DNA from: Blepharisma stoltei ATCC 30299
Lineage: Eukaryota > Protista > Ciliophora
DNA length: 64,000 nucleotides
Assembly: GCA_965603825.1 (NCBI GenBank)
Contig: CBFDEM010000045.1
Coordinates: 372,001-436,000 of the forward strand
Direction of reading: 5' to 3'
This document shows, piece by piece, positions 1 to 11,983 of the stretch; positions within the stretch are counted from its first letter, which is position 1; each line of letters starts with the position of its first letter. A program made the position numbers and the translations under genes. The notes below the pieces were generated by a model that was not told the DNA's origin, ran no database searches, and saw only the letters and a program-made list of their open reading frames with translations.

Positions 1-2377
1 CGATATAACTCCAGCTGACGGCATTTTAGTAAGGTCATACGGAATTATCGTAGATGAAAGTGCGATGACTGGAGAAAGCGTTTCAGTAAAAAAGGGCGAA
101 AACGACCCATTTATTCTTTCATCATCCGTTATTGTAGAAGGCACTGGAGACATGATCGTATGTGCTGTCGGCAAAAATTCTTTAGCTGGAAGGAGTCATT
201 TATTTTTATTAAAACAAGATAAAGAATTAACGCCTTTGCAAATGAAACTTGAAAAAGTTGCGAAGCACATAGGGATTGCAGGGGCTATCGCTGCTGTCAT
301 AATCTTTATTTTTATTTCGTTTTTCATCTTCGAAGGAGCTATAGCAGATGATGACTGGGAATCTGATGACACAAGTGATCTTCTTACAGCGTTTATTTTG
401 GCAGTCACCATATTAGTTGTTGCGATACCTGAAGGGCTTCCATTGGCGGTAACTTTAAGTTTGGCTTTTTCAATGAGGAAAATGAAAGATGAAAAAATTT
501 TTGTGAAGCATTTAAGTGCTTGTGAAACTATGGGAGGGTGTGAGGAATTGCTAATTGATAAAACAGGGACTATCACAAAAAATGAAATGAGAGTTGTGAA
601 GTTTAAAATTGGGTTAAAAAAAATTGACTTAAAGACACCTATTAAAGATAAAAATCTGGCAGAGATTATTGCTAAATCGATTGCAAGAAATACGACTGCA
701 GATATAAGGAAAATTGAAGAAAAATTAATAAAGACTGGAAGTAGAACTGAGTGTGCACTGCTGATGTTTTTAAGTGACTGGGGATTTAATTTCAGGACTT
801 TAAGAGATTTAGATACCCAGGCGATGCAGATCCCCTTTAGTTCTGAGTCTAAAAAGATGACAACTTTTCATGTAGGATTTGAAAAAGAGGGATATCTGTA
901 TGTAAAAGGAGCGCCGGAAAGAGTTATTGAGAAGTGCAAATATTATTTCAAAGAGGATGGAACGATATCAGAGTAATTTTTATGCAGGCTATCAGCAGAA
1001 ATCATTCAGGAATTCAATTTTCTTATTACAGAATGGTCTCAAAAAATGATTAGAACTCTAGCATTGGCTTATAGACCTGGAACTCTTGAAGATCTCCAAT
1101 TAAATGAAAGGCCAAGCAAAGAAGACATAGAAAATGCAGAGAAAAACATGATTTTAATTGGAATTTTCGGAATAGAAGATCCTCTCAGAGAAGAAGCCAA
1201 AAGTGCACTGAATCAGCTGAAAAACGCTGGAGTGACTGTCAGAATGATAACAGGGGACAGCAAAGAAATCGCTGCCAAAATAGGAAAGCAATGTGATATA
1301 TTAGATATTGATTATGAGCTGCATGAAAAGAGCCAAATTATGTCAGGAAAAGACTTCACTGATAGAGTTGGAGGAGTTAAAGAGGAATTTGATGAAGAAG
1401 AAAAGAAGAGATATTATAAAATAGGGAATGAAGAGGAATTTAATAAAGTTTCTGCTTCATTGAGGATTTTAGCAAGATGCAGCCCATATGATAAGTTTGT
1501 CCTTACAATAGGGCTGAGAAATTCAGATAAAATCGTAGGAGTGACTGGAGATGGAACAAATGACTCATTGGCGTTAAAAAGTGCAAATATTGGAATAGCT
1601 ATGATGACTGCAACGCCAATGGCTAAAGAAAGCTCTGATATTATTTTACTAGACGATAACATACAAAATATAGTTACTGCTGTTAGATGGGGCCGAAACA
1701 TTTATCAAAATATCAGAAGATTCTTGCAGTTCCAGCTAACAGTCAATATCGTGGCTTTACTTTTGTGCCTAATAGGTGCAATATCAGTCGCAAGCTCTCC
1801 TCTCTCAGCTGTACAGATGTTGTGGGTAAACTTATTAATGGATTCTCTAGCAGCTTTGGCTCTTGCAACGCAAGATCCTGATGATAGAGTACTAGACTCA
1901 AAGCCATATGGGAAAAATGAATATATTTTATCGTCTTGGATTATTGCCAACATAGTTGTCCAATCTGTATATCAAATGGTTATTATGATGGTAATTCTTT
2001 ATCTTGGACCATATATTTTTGGAATTGATGCAGGCTGGGATTCAGACTGGCCTGACGAAGAATCTACTCATTATACCATTTGTTTTAATACTTTTGTGAT
2101 GCTGCAGCTTTTTAACCAAATCAATTGTAGGAAAACGAGGGCTGAAGAATATAATGTCTTTTCAGGGATTTTCCAAAACAGAACTTTTTTGTCAATATTT
2201 TCTGTAGAATTTGCACTTCAGATTATTTTTGTTCAGCTAGGAGGAGATTTTATGAATACTGAGCCTCTGGACTTATATCAAATTCTTATTTGCATAATGA
2301 TTGGCTCAAGCACATTAGTAGTAACTTTGCTTTTCAAAATAAGCACGATACAGTTTTATCAAAGGAAAAGTGATTAA
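1..2377 (+). CDS. P-type IIB (PMCA-like) Ca2+-transporting ATPase, 5' truncated by the window edge; one 15-nt intron (973-987)
   Basis: Motifs DESAMTGES, IPEGLPLAVT, DKTGT, KGAPE, MITGD, VTGDGTND, QMLWVNLLMD. ORFs 65..976 and 1046..2377 share a frame and join once intron 973-987 is removed. The frame is open from base 2. Confidence 0.95.
973..987 (+). other. 15-nt spliceosomal intron GTAATTTTTATGCAG
   Basis: GT..AG with A at -6. Contains the in-frame TAA that ends ORF 65..976; removal restores the ATPase frame. Confidence 0.92.
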
Positions 2378-2718
2378 TAATAATAATAAGTATTTATAAC
2401 TAAATTAATGAGTAGGCAACTTTATTTGCCTTAATTTTCTATGCTTATTATATAATGCAATAATTTTGAATTAGAGAAATTATCCTTTATCATTAAGCGA
2501 ATTTCAATTTTTTTATGGATTGCTATGACTATTCGCTAAGATACCCATGATTAATTAAAATATATAAATTAATCGTTAAATTACTTAACTTAAACATATA
2601 ACATATTTCTAATTCCATTTGCATAAATCTTTTGAGCTGCATGCCAACTCAAACTTTAGATACGTATGAAGTGCTCTGCAAATATAAAACTAGTTTAAAA
2701 ATAAGAATTATATTAGAG

Positions 2719-4047
2719 TTAATTATGCTCGCTAAACTTTAATTCTGTTCCAGTAGCCTCCTTATATAGTTCAATGATATCATCAGCAATGCTCTCCATA
2801 TCTGCTGAAGGATCGTAAGACTTGGTAATAAATAAATTATTAGGAACTGTTGATTTATCTCAATCAAAAATATCGTATTGGTGATAAACAACTTTGAAGT
2901 AATGTCCTAATAGCCTCCTTGTAGAAAGGAGTTCAAATTCAGGATTATCAGACTCCATTACTGTGCTTGCACAAACAATGTAATGATCTCTGCAGACACT
3001 GAAAGATTCATCAAGGCAAGTAATATAGATATCATGCTCCCTATTGATATTCCTCTTTGATAAGGTTATGTGGCATGATTTTGATAAATCATCAATAATA
3101 GGATGCAGAAAAATATAGGTGGCTCTCAATATTGTTTGCTGCTTTTTTAGCTCAATAAATTTCTTAGCATAATCTGGGCTGCATATTATTGCATTTGCTC
3201 TATATTTCTCATCATTTATGCTAATTTCTATTTTTTCACTGCTGTTTTGGAAATTTATGTCTCCAATAGTAGAAGAAAGAGTTAATAAATTACCATATAT
3301 TGCTGTTAACCTAGAGCATCCCTCAATAATAGAAGATAGACCATAAAGGGGATATATAAACTGATTATAATCCTCAATTTCAAATGAGCTCATTTTTCTC
3401 TTCAAATCCATTAATACTTCAAGCGAATTTTGACTAAGAGTGTCTTCTCATCTTACTCCAATGTAATGTTTAATGAATTCAAGAGACACATCGCTTAAGC
3501 TAAAATTTAAAATAAGCTCTCGAAATGGGGTTTCAGATAAATTTGCTCCATTATAAATAAATCCGTTATAAAAATCATTTCCTTGGATAAAATTATAAAA
3601 ATTTTTGCTCTGATCTATCTCATTTACTCCCATCAAATTCGTTTCTATTACTTCAATGCAGTTTTTAGGGATCGCTTTTAAATTATTTTTTCAGAGGTCA
3701 GTATCTATGGGTCCAGTGCTTATAAAGGTCCTTTCGATATTTCTAAATTCTAAGTAATCTAATAGTGCACTTGAATATAATAATTTAATGAATTTTCCTT
3801 TTCAGTTGATAAATTTTGAGATGAGGTCAAATATCCATTTCCTAGGCATCCCCAGGAATTGTGGAATTGCTCCATTATTTGGAATGCTATTTCAATATTC
3901 ATTCAAATCCAGATATCTCATCTCTCCCCCATAAAAGTTATTTTTGTCTGCTTGAAGCACCCTTTTCCCATTAGCTGAAAGCAAGATACTAATAAAACTT
4001 TCAGTTATCCCAGTGCCTAAGACAATATAATCATAATCAGTTTCCAT
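2719..4047 (-). CDS. GDI: Rab GDP-dissociation inhibitor family protein (~442 aa, TGA=Trp)
   Basis: N-terminus METDYDYIVLGTGITESFISILLSANGKRVLQADKNNFYGGE, then FIYPLYGLSSIIEGCSRLTAIYG and a C-terminal FITKSYDPS. One frame interrupted only by TGA. Confidence 0.88.
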
Positions 4048-4100
4048 TTATCCTAATTAACTTAAAAAACTCAATTAATTATACAGTACAATCGAATCCT

Positions 4101-4724
4101 CTACAATTCTGATTTCCTCCTTTTCTGGGTCTCCAGCGTGCTTTCTATGAGTTCGTCCACAGCTAAATTATAATCAACATCGTCTTCTTTAACCTCTACT
4201 CTAACTTCTGCATAACTTAGTTCATTATATTTGACATTTAATTCATAGAAATCTACATTTATCATATTCTGAAAATTTTCTAGTCAGTTTATATACCCGT
4301 CAAGTTTCCATTGAGGCTCACTCTTAAGGTTTTCCAATACCTCCGCGGTGCTTTCGTTAAGTACACATTTCGCTGCATAAGCTGCAAATAGCAAGGACTC
4401 CTTCAATCTCGCATAGGATGCCTGCCATCCAAACCTGTCCAGATAGATCTCCCAAAGCACAATTTCTATGTCAGAAAGTAGCAATAAGTGAAAAATCTTG
4501 AAAACAATTGGAAAAATAGTGTCAAAAGAATGGGAAGTCACTGAACTTCCTGATCTTGAGAGCTTCAGGAGAAAAAGATATGCCTTGTAGCTTAAACCGA
4601 TATCGGAAATCGACTTTTTTTGGTTGAAAAAAGTGTCCGGTAAAAGGGTGGGGGAGGTTTCTTTGTGAGAATAGATGAAGCTTGAGCTAGTTTCTTGGCC
4701 TTCTGATTCATAATCGGTATCCAT
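4101..4724 (-). CDS. Hypothetical protein (~207 aa)
   Basis: ATG at 4724 (MDTDYESEG) reads through TGA 4284-4286 to TAG 4101-4103. No family recognised. Confidence 0.65.
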
Positions 4725-5074
4725 TTTATTATAAGAACTTTTCTGACAATTTGAATTGAAGTCGAAATTAAAATGAAGTTGAGGGGACAATCACAATTTT
4801 TGGTTCTGATTAAATTTGCTGGAAATCTTGAGAAATTATTATAAGAGAATTATGAAAGGAATTTAAAATAAAGATGTAAAGGAAATATTTTTTTATTTCA
4901 TTTAATGTAGGAATTAATGTAAATTTGTTAAAAGCTTAGGGCTTTACATATTGGAATAGTTTGAAGAAAAATTAGAAAAAGGCCATGCTTTTTGCTATCA
5001 GTGATTTCTTTTTTTTTCCTTAGCCCATAAGCTTCTATAAATCTTTGATATATTATTTTATTTCTGACAAATCT

Positions 5075-8062
5075 ATGGAAATCCATACAACTCAAGTTGG
5101 GTTTCAATTCAAAACTCAAACAAGACTAGGTGAAGAAGTAAGAATTGCTGGCAACTGTGACGCTCTTGGCAATTGGAACCAACTCTCTGGCCCAGTGCTT
5201 TGCACTGACCACAACAGATACCCATTGTGAACTCTCCCTTTTCCGATCTCTTTACCAATGGACACAGAACTCGAGTACAAATACGTTTACGTATATAACG
5301 GCACACCTCGTTGAGAAGACCTTCATTGCAATCGAAAAATAAAAATTGAACATAAGAACATTTTAGTTGAAGATGAAGCTTTAACCAATATCTCAAGAAT
5401 CATCATAAAACAACAAGAAGTTTCAAGTACTTTGATGCATTCCTATGAGACTTCCAGCTATTTCATAGACGAAAACATCGCATTCACCAATACAGATGCA
5501 GTTATTATTGCTTCAATGAGACTTCCAGTGAAAGTCTCCATAAACCCGAACTATAACCCAAATGAGCCAGGCTCTGAAAAGTGGCTCTTTGAGAAAACTA
5601 AAGGGATTTGGCTGACTGCTCTTTTTGATATAGCCATACAAGAAGGCATCCAGTTCTTGTGGGTTGGGTGGCCAGGGATATGAATTGACGACGAAAGTGA
5701 GCAGGAAGACCTGAGGAACATTTTGAAAGAAAAATACTACTCAATCCCTTTGTTTATCCCAGAATCCATAATGGAAGCACACATGAAATTCTGCAATCTC
5801 ATTTTGTTCCCAATTTTTAACTCTATTATAGGGACAAACTCAAAAACGATTCCCCAGTATCCAAATCATCTCTGGGAAGCTTATAAAAATGTAAACTCAA
5901 GATTTGCAGACGCAATTATGAATTTCCATTCACGACAAATGATATGAATCCACGACTACCACTTATTGTTAACACCAAGTTTTATATCAAGAAGAACACA
6001 CAAAATCGTTAATTTAGGACTATTTATGCATGTACCTTTTCCCAGCTCAGAAATCTATAGGGTACTCCCACACAGAGAAACACTATTAAATGCTATGCTA
6101 TGCTGTGATTTAATAGGTTTTCATTTATTTGTGTATGCCAGACATTTTTTGGCTGCTTGCAAATTCATATTAGGGATCGACCATCAGCTTTCCAGAGGAG
6201 GGTATTTAATGATAAACTATTTTGAAAGAAGGGTAATGATCAGAATTGGGCATCTAGGCATTGAGCCAAGAGTTATCCAAGAAGCTCTACAAACAGAGGA
6301 ATTTAAGAATATTCAAAAAGAACTTAACATAAAATACAAAGGTAAAAAAGTCTTATTAGGGATAGATCCACTGCATGTCTTATCAGGAATCACTTTGAAG
6401 CTAAATGCATTTAGAGAAGCTTTGAGAAGCAGAATTAATTTTGTCAACAAAGCAGTGCTCCTGCAGATTCTGACTGAAGCAAAAACAGTTAGCACTCCTG
6501 AAAGAGAAGAAATCAGAGAAGAGCTATATAGGCTGAAGGATGAAATTAATAGAGAATTTAGACGGGACGTAGTAGAATTCATTGAAACTGATGTGACTGG
6601 GGAAGCTAGATACGCTTTTATGTCAATTTCTAATGGAATCGTAAATACCTCACTTAGAGATGGATTGTGTTTGACACCATTTGAATTTATTGTCGTCAAT
6701 ATGGAAAGAGACGCAGATATAGTCATTTCAGAGTTCGCTGGAGTTACTAGAGCATTGAGCAGCTTAAGAAGAGTCAATCCATTCAATATTTCAGAACTGG
6801 AAGGCGAAATTTATAATTTGATGGCAGATGAGCCAAAAAATCATTCTAAAAGACAAAGAGATCTCAGCTATATACTAACAAATACCACCTTTCATTGGGC
6901 CAAAAACTTTTTGACTGATCTAAAAAGAGCTGTAAAAGACCCTAAAAACTATCAATATGTGACGCATGGACTTGGAGATAGGCTAAAATTAATTGCACTG
7001 AATAAAAATTTTAGGATGCTTGATGGGAACAGTTTGCTCAAGGCGTATGGAAATTCCCGTCACAGAGCATTTTTCTTTGATAATGAAGGGACATTATGCA
7101 ATTTACTAAAAAATCATGAAATCGACAATTCTATCGGGCCAAGTGAAAAAATCCTTAACTCATTAGCAGAGCTATGCAAGGACGAGAGAAATAATGTATT
7201 TGTTATAACTGGAAGATCAAAAGATATTGTTGAAAGATGATATGGAAAAATCCCACTTTTAGGGATGGCAGCAGAATACGGAGCTTTTATTAAACAAAAT
7301 AATGATCTGAAATGGGAACTAAGTGCTCAAGGTAGCCATCTGTGGAAAGAAACTGCTAAACAGATCATTGAAGCTTATGTCATGAGAACTGAAGGGTCAA
7401 GAATTGATGAAAAAGAATGCTCTGTCGTATTTCAATACCGAGATACAGATCTAGACCTTGGAGCCTGGCAAGCAAAAGAGCTTGTCTCCCATTTGGAGAT
7501 TTTATTGAAGCCGTTTTTAGACGAATGCGAAGTTTCAGTCGGCTTAGGCTATGTAGAAGTAAAGCCTCGTGGGATTTCCAAAGGAACAACAGTTTACAAA
7601 ATCCTTGAAGAACTTTATGAGCGCCAAGGACCAGTCGATTTTATATTAGCAATCGGCGACGACGTCTCTGACGAAGAAATGTTTAAAGTTATCCATGGTT
7701 TGAAAAGAGAAAAAAGTCATTTACTAGACAAAAATCCTCTCATATTTACCTGTACTGTTGGAAAAAAGCCAAGTCAAGCTGAACTCTATGTAAACGATGT
7801 CAATGAAGTGCAGCATATGCTTGATATGATAAGAGGCTGCCTAGGGAGCTTTAAGAAAAACTTTTCCCATGACGACTTAATTTCACTTTCACGAAATCGG
7901 CCAACTCCACTTCTAATGACCCCTGATGTAAAAAAATTCAAAAGAGACGCAGTCTTAGAGCTCAATGAAAGTGAAGAAGACGAGGCTGTAAGCCCTAGGC
8001 AAATATTTAGAGACAAGAAGAGAAGATCTCAAACGTTCATCCTCGAAAGAAGACTAACTTAA
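5075..8062 (+). CDS. CBM20 + trehalose-6-phosphate synthase (GT20) + trehalose phosphatase (HAD) multidomain protein, ~995 aa
   Basis: Five ORF fragments in one frame joined by TGA (5228, 5312, 5681, 5945, 7238). CBM20 motif GEEVRIAGNCDALGNW; GT20 motifs WVGWPG, WIHDYHL, HVPFPSSEIYR, ISEFAG; HAD motifs FDNEGTL, ITGR, EVKPRGISKG, IGDDVSDE. Confidence 0.93.
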
Positions 8063-8074
8063 TTGTAATTTCTC

Positions 8075-8617
8075 TTAAAACTCTTTTACGTTAAGAATTG
8101 CTTCAGCTTGCTCCAGAGCAGACAGCAGAATTGCAATTTCAGATTTATACATAGAAAACTGCAGAATTTTGGAGGAATTTTCTTTGGCCAGCTTTAAATT
8201 CATTGTTGCTAGTGGTTCTGAAAGAGACTCAGTGTCCTTCCCTAGTGTAACGACGTCTACGTTCCAGCTTGGCTCAGTTTTTACTTTTCATTCGACTTCT
8301 CTTGATTCAAGATGTTTCCTGATAATAAAGCCTTTGTGCTCAGCCCAGATCCCAGCTAGGACAAGGACTTCTGTTTCATTTAGATTTTTAGAGGTCAGGA
8401 ATTCCTTGACGTCTGAAGGATTGTTCTGTAGAAGTTGTTCAATTAATGAGATGTAAGCTTTTGCTAAATTTTCTAATTGAGGCTTTGTAAGAGAAGTTCG
8501 GCCATCGAGCTGCTCTAGGATATCATTCAGAGATAACTCTGAGTCTTCGTAAAAATGCAAGCGGACAAGAGCGTCAATATAAGCTTTGAGAAGCGGTCTG
8601 GAGAGTTGTTCTTGCAT
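8075..8617 (-). CDS. COMM-domain protein (COMMD1-like), 180 aa
   Basis: Helical N-terminus. After TGA 8288-8290 it continues KVKTEPSWNVDVVTLGKDTESLSEPLATMNLKL...QFSMYKSEIAILLSALEQAEAIL, the W-x-V-D...P-x-A-x-L-x-L COMM pattern. Confidence 0.75.
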
Positions 8618-8881
8618 AAATAAATATGTATTTATAGATATTCATTTCTTCCACTTTTAGTAGTAATAATAGAAGTTTTCAATCCAAATATCAAAGAAAT
8701 TTTTTTTCGCATGCAAATAAGCAGTGCAATTAATTTTCTTTTAATAATAAAATATTATACTTATATCCTTTGCAAGTTATAAAAATTGCAAAATTCATTA
8801 ATTATTCCAATTTATAAGCTCGATTTATGCTTAAAGTCAAGCCAATGGAGTTTTAAAAATAAATAATTATCTGGCAGAAAA

Positions 8882-10303
8882 ATGCTCAGAAGATTGATTT
8901 TTCTTCGACCTCGAAAGTGTGCAGTAACCAGATTTTTTTCATCAAATAAAGACACAGACAACTTGAGAAAGCAATTTCAGAAGCTTTCCAAAGAAATGAA
9001 TGAAACAACGGCAGAGACAAAAAGTACTGATGAAATCAAAATTAAGGATCAGGCTAAAATGACTGAAGACCTTAAAGCACAGTTCAAAGGCGTAAAAGAA
9101 GATCTCTCTAAGCAGACAGGCCAAGCTAAGACTGCTCAAGAACGCTTAAAAGAAGCTTGGCAAGACTTTAGTATGCCTAAATTTACGATGCCAGACTTTT
9201 CGAAATGAAAAATACCTCTAAAAGCTAGAGAAAAAGCAGAAAAAACGGAAAAAGAGCCAGAAGAAGCTAAAAAAGAAGAAAAAATAGCTGAAAGCACACA
9301 AGAATCATCAGAAGCCAAAGAGGAAAAAAAAGAAGAAGCTCCACCAAAAATCCCTTACTACGAGAAATATCCCAAACTTAAGATAGTTCACAAAGCACAA
9401 TGCTATATCAAAGAATCTTTACGAGAAACCTTCCCTGATCAAGAATACAAAGTAAGCCAAATGAAAGAAAACGCCAAAATCCAAAAAGCCAAAGAAGAAG
9501 AACTTAAAAAGTGGCTAGAAGAGCACCCAGGCGATGAAAACGTCCCTGAATGGAAAAAAGGCGCTTTACAAGTGGTCCAAAAAAAGCAGACGAAATGGGA
9601 AAAACTCAAAGAAAAGGTAACCGGCTCAAAACTCGGGAACAAAGTCAATGAATCCACTCAAACAATTCTTAGCCAAGAAGGCGTCAAAAAGGCCAAAGAA
9701 AATGTGCAAGATATCAAAGAAGGAATTCAGTCAATCGGACTTGACATTAAAGACTCTATTCAAATGTCAGACAACAGAATCATTCAAGCTGGCAGAGAGA
9801 TGCTAAGCCAAGCATCAGTTGAGTCAGCTCAAGCAAAAGCAGTAAAAGCCATGAGGGCATATGATCCTGACTTTGATATTTATCAACTGGAAAACGACCT
9901 CGAGCACATTGTTGTTGATTTTTATCAACATTTCTTAGACCTCAATAAGGAATATGTGAAAAACGTTACTGATGGGCCTGCACGTGAATTTATGCTGAAG
10001 CTTATTGAAGGAAGAAAAGAGGGTGGAGGAGTACACAAACAGGAAATTTATGAGGTGACGAGACCTGTCTTCTTAGGGGTGAATCTCGAGGAAAAACAAA
10101 ATCCTAGGTTTAGTTTCAGCTGCACTGTTAAGTATTCTAGAGCAAATACAGATGAAGACGATAGGAAAACCAAGAGCAAACTCCACAAAATAAATTATTT
10201 CTTTATGATAGCAAGACATCCAGACCCTGATTTTGAGGTTTATGGGCACCCATGGCAGTTTATTGTGTTCCAACCTGCCGAAGATCAGCTCAGACTTGGC
10301 TAA
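8882..10303 (+). CDS. TIM44: Mitochondrial import translocase Tim44-like protein (~473 aa)
   Basis: Arg-rich presequence MLRRLIFLRPRKCAVTRFFSS, coiled coil, and C-domain motifs SDNRIIQ, AMRAYDPDFDIYQL and a terminal W. ORFs 8882 and 9461 share a frame across TGA 9206-9208. Confidence 0.75.
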
Positions 10304-10467
10304 ATATATAAAAAATAAATATACTTTTTGAGGGATAATAAAGAATGGCATTTCGATACCATTAAGTAGGAATAGAAAGAAAAAAATAGCAAATCCTAAT
10401 TAATTTTAAATATTGAGACTTATTTTTCTTCAACAAGTATATATTAAAAATTGCAATTAACTATTAT

Positions 10468-11220
10468 TTAACGCAAATAAACCATCACATCATCAATTGC
10501 GTAGCTTGCATTGCATGGGTCTCCCTTTAGCGTTGAGCCAAATGTAACTTCCAAAATCCCACCACTATGAGGAATAGTTACATCTACAGGAACTGCAAAT
10601 TTCGCATCAGGCTGTTTTCCTCCACATATATCAGCTCCTTGTTCATGAGAAGTTCCCGTCATAGTCCATACAATTTTCCCATCTGCCTTCATATAAGCAG
10701 TCTCTCCTTCCCATTTATCCAGCATATGATAATTAGCTGAAATTTTTACCATGTTATGAGGAGGCAGCTTGAATTTTTTCGAAACTTCTTCATGAGAAAA
10801 TGCACAGTGGCCGCCTAAAAAAAAATCTTCCCCATCACAAGTGTTTCTTTTATCATGGCTCCACCCATGAGATCCCAATTCAAAATCATGGTGATCTCTT
10901 AAGACCCAGCTGGTTTCAAGAAAAGAGCTTTCAGAAGACGAAGGAGAGTTGATAATTAAATTGGCGTTGATTGTGATTGTGTCGCTTAATGCATATATCT
11001 CATCAAGCGATAACTCAGATAAGATTATTGATGAGGTCTCAACTTGGTCAGTTGTTATATCTTGGGATGTAGAAATCGTGCCTGTTGTGTTTATAGAGCT
11101 TGCTTCAATGCCTTCACAGGAAAGAGTCCCTGTAACCTCAAGATCGCTTGCAAGATTAACTGATGTACTGAGGGCAAAGGGTAGAAAAAGCAAACAAATC
11201 ATAAAACGAATATTTTTCAT
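10468..11220 (-). CDS. Secreted protein with signal peptide and Cys/Trp-containing beta domain (alveolate PH-like/CryPH-like, tentative)
   Basis: Hydrophobic N-terminus MKNIRFMICLLFLPFALS, Ser/Thr-rich stalk, then FLGGHC..LPPH..DKWEGETAYMKADGKIVW..DICGG..PH..FGSTL..DPCNASYAIDDV. Family assignment is from memory only. Confidence 0.75.
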   Translation of the reverse strand: MKNIRFMICLLFLPFALSTSVNLASDLEVTGTLSCEGIEASSINTTGTISTSQDITTDQVETSSIILSELSLDEIYALSDTITINANLIINSPSSSESSFLETSWVLRDHHDFELGSHGWSHDKRNTCDGEDFFLGGHCAFSHEEVSKKFKLPPHNMVKISANYHMLDKWEGETAYMKADGKIVWTMTGTSHEQGADICGGKQPDAKFAVPVDVTIPHSGGILEVTFGSTLKGDPCNASYAIDDVMVYLR

Positions 11221-11260
11221 TTTATTTATTAATGCTTTTAACATATAAAAATATTAATAG

Positions 11261-11488
11261 AAAGGATCTGTTTGAAATTCGCCTTTTAGGTGCCTTTTAT
11301 GTGATCGTTGTTTTAAAAAGAAACAACAATTGCAGATACACCTGGTATCTCACCTAAATACAAGAGCCTTTATATGCACTGAATGCCAAAAAACCTATAA
11401 GTACAAAAAAGGCTTAAATAGGCACATTCGGAATAATCATGGCAGTCTATGGGTAGAAATAAAGGAATCAAGAAGCAGAAGAAAATAG
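11261..11488 (+). pseudogene. Tandem C2H2 zinc-finger reading frame without an in-frame ATG (pseudogene or atypical gene model)
   Basis: Translates ...PFRCLLCDRCFKKKQQLQIHLVSHLNTRAFICTECQKTYKYKKGLNRHIRNNH..., bounded by TAG 11258-11260 and TAG 11486-11488. Absent from the ORF track. Confidence 0.7.
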
Positions 11489-11765
11489 ATTGCATGATTG
11501 CTCATGAAGAGTGCTTAGACTTGCAGAAATTATATGACAGCTTTACAGTTGATCTCTGCAATCTCAAATCAACTCTACTCCTCCAATGTTGAAGGAGATG
11601 CGCCTTCTACATGCTATGGTTCACCTCAGTACCAAAACAATCCTATGGAAGCAACCAAGACCACTACTTATCGTCAGATTTTGGAAACTCAAACAAACTA
11701 TCAAGAGGAGCTCAAAACCCAACACCAGAAATTCAAAAAGTTTGTCAGAAATTAAATCTTTTAAT

Positions 11766-11866
11766 TTTATCAGATGAGATCAGACTAAGATCTTTTATCA
11801 GAAAATTAATTTAAGATCAGAACCTATTTTATCAGAAAAATAATTATAGATCAGATTCAGATCAAA
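11766..11866. repeat. Degenerate ~30-bp tandem repeat built from TTTTATCAGA and AGATCAGA
   Basis: TTTTATCAGA occurs three times (about 11766, 11793, 11827), each followed by AGATCAGA. Confidence 0.55.
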
Positions 11867-11983
11867 ATCGGAATATTCAAAATAATATACAAGTTTGAAA
11901 AATTGAAGAGAAGAAATAAAGAATTATGCGTTTTTACACGTTTAAACTTTAATAATAATAACATATAAAAATTAAATTACTTA

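Noticed and set aside
5075-8062. Apparent pseudogenisation or operon-like splitting of TPS, PKG, HECT and GC genes
   Set aside because: All breaks are in-frame TGA at Trp-compatible sites, or 15-nt introns.
11766-11866. CRISPR-like or telomeric array
   Set aside because: The units are degenerate, lack unique spacers of constant length and do not match a CCCTAACA-type telomere repeat. The context is eukaryotic.
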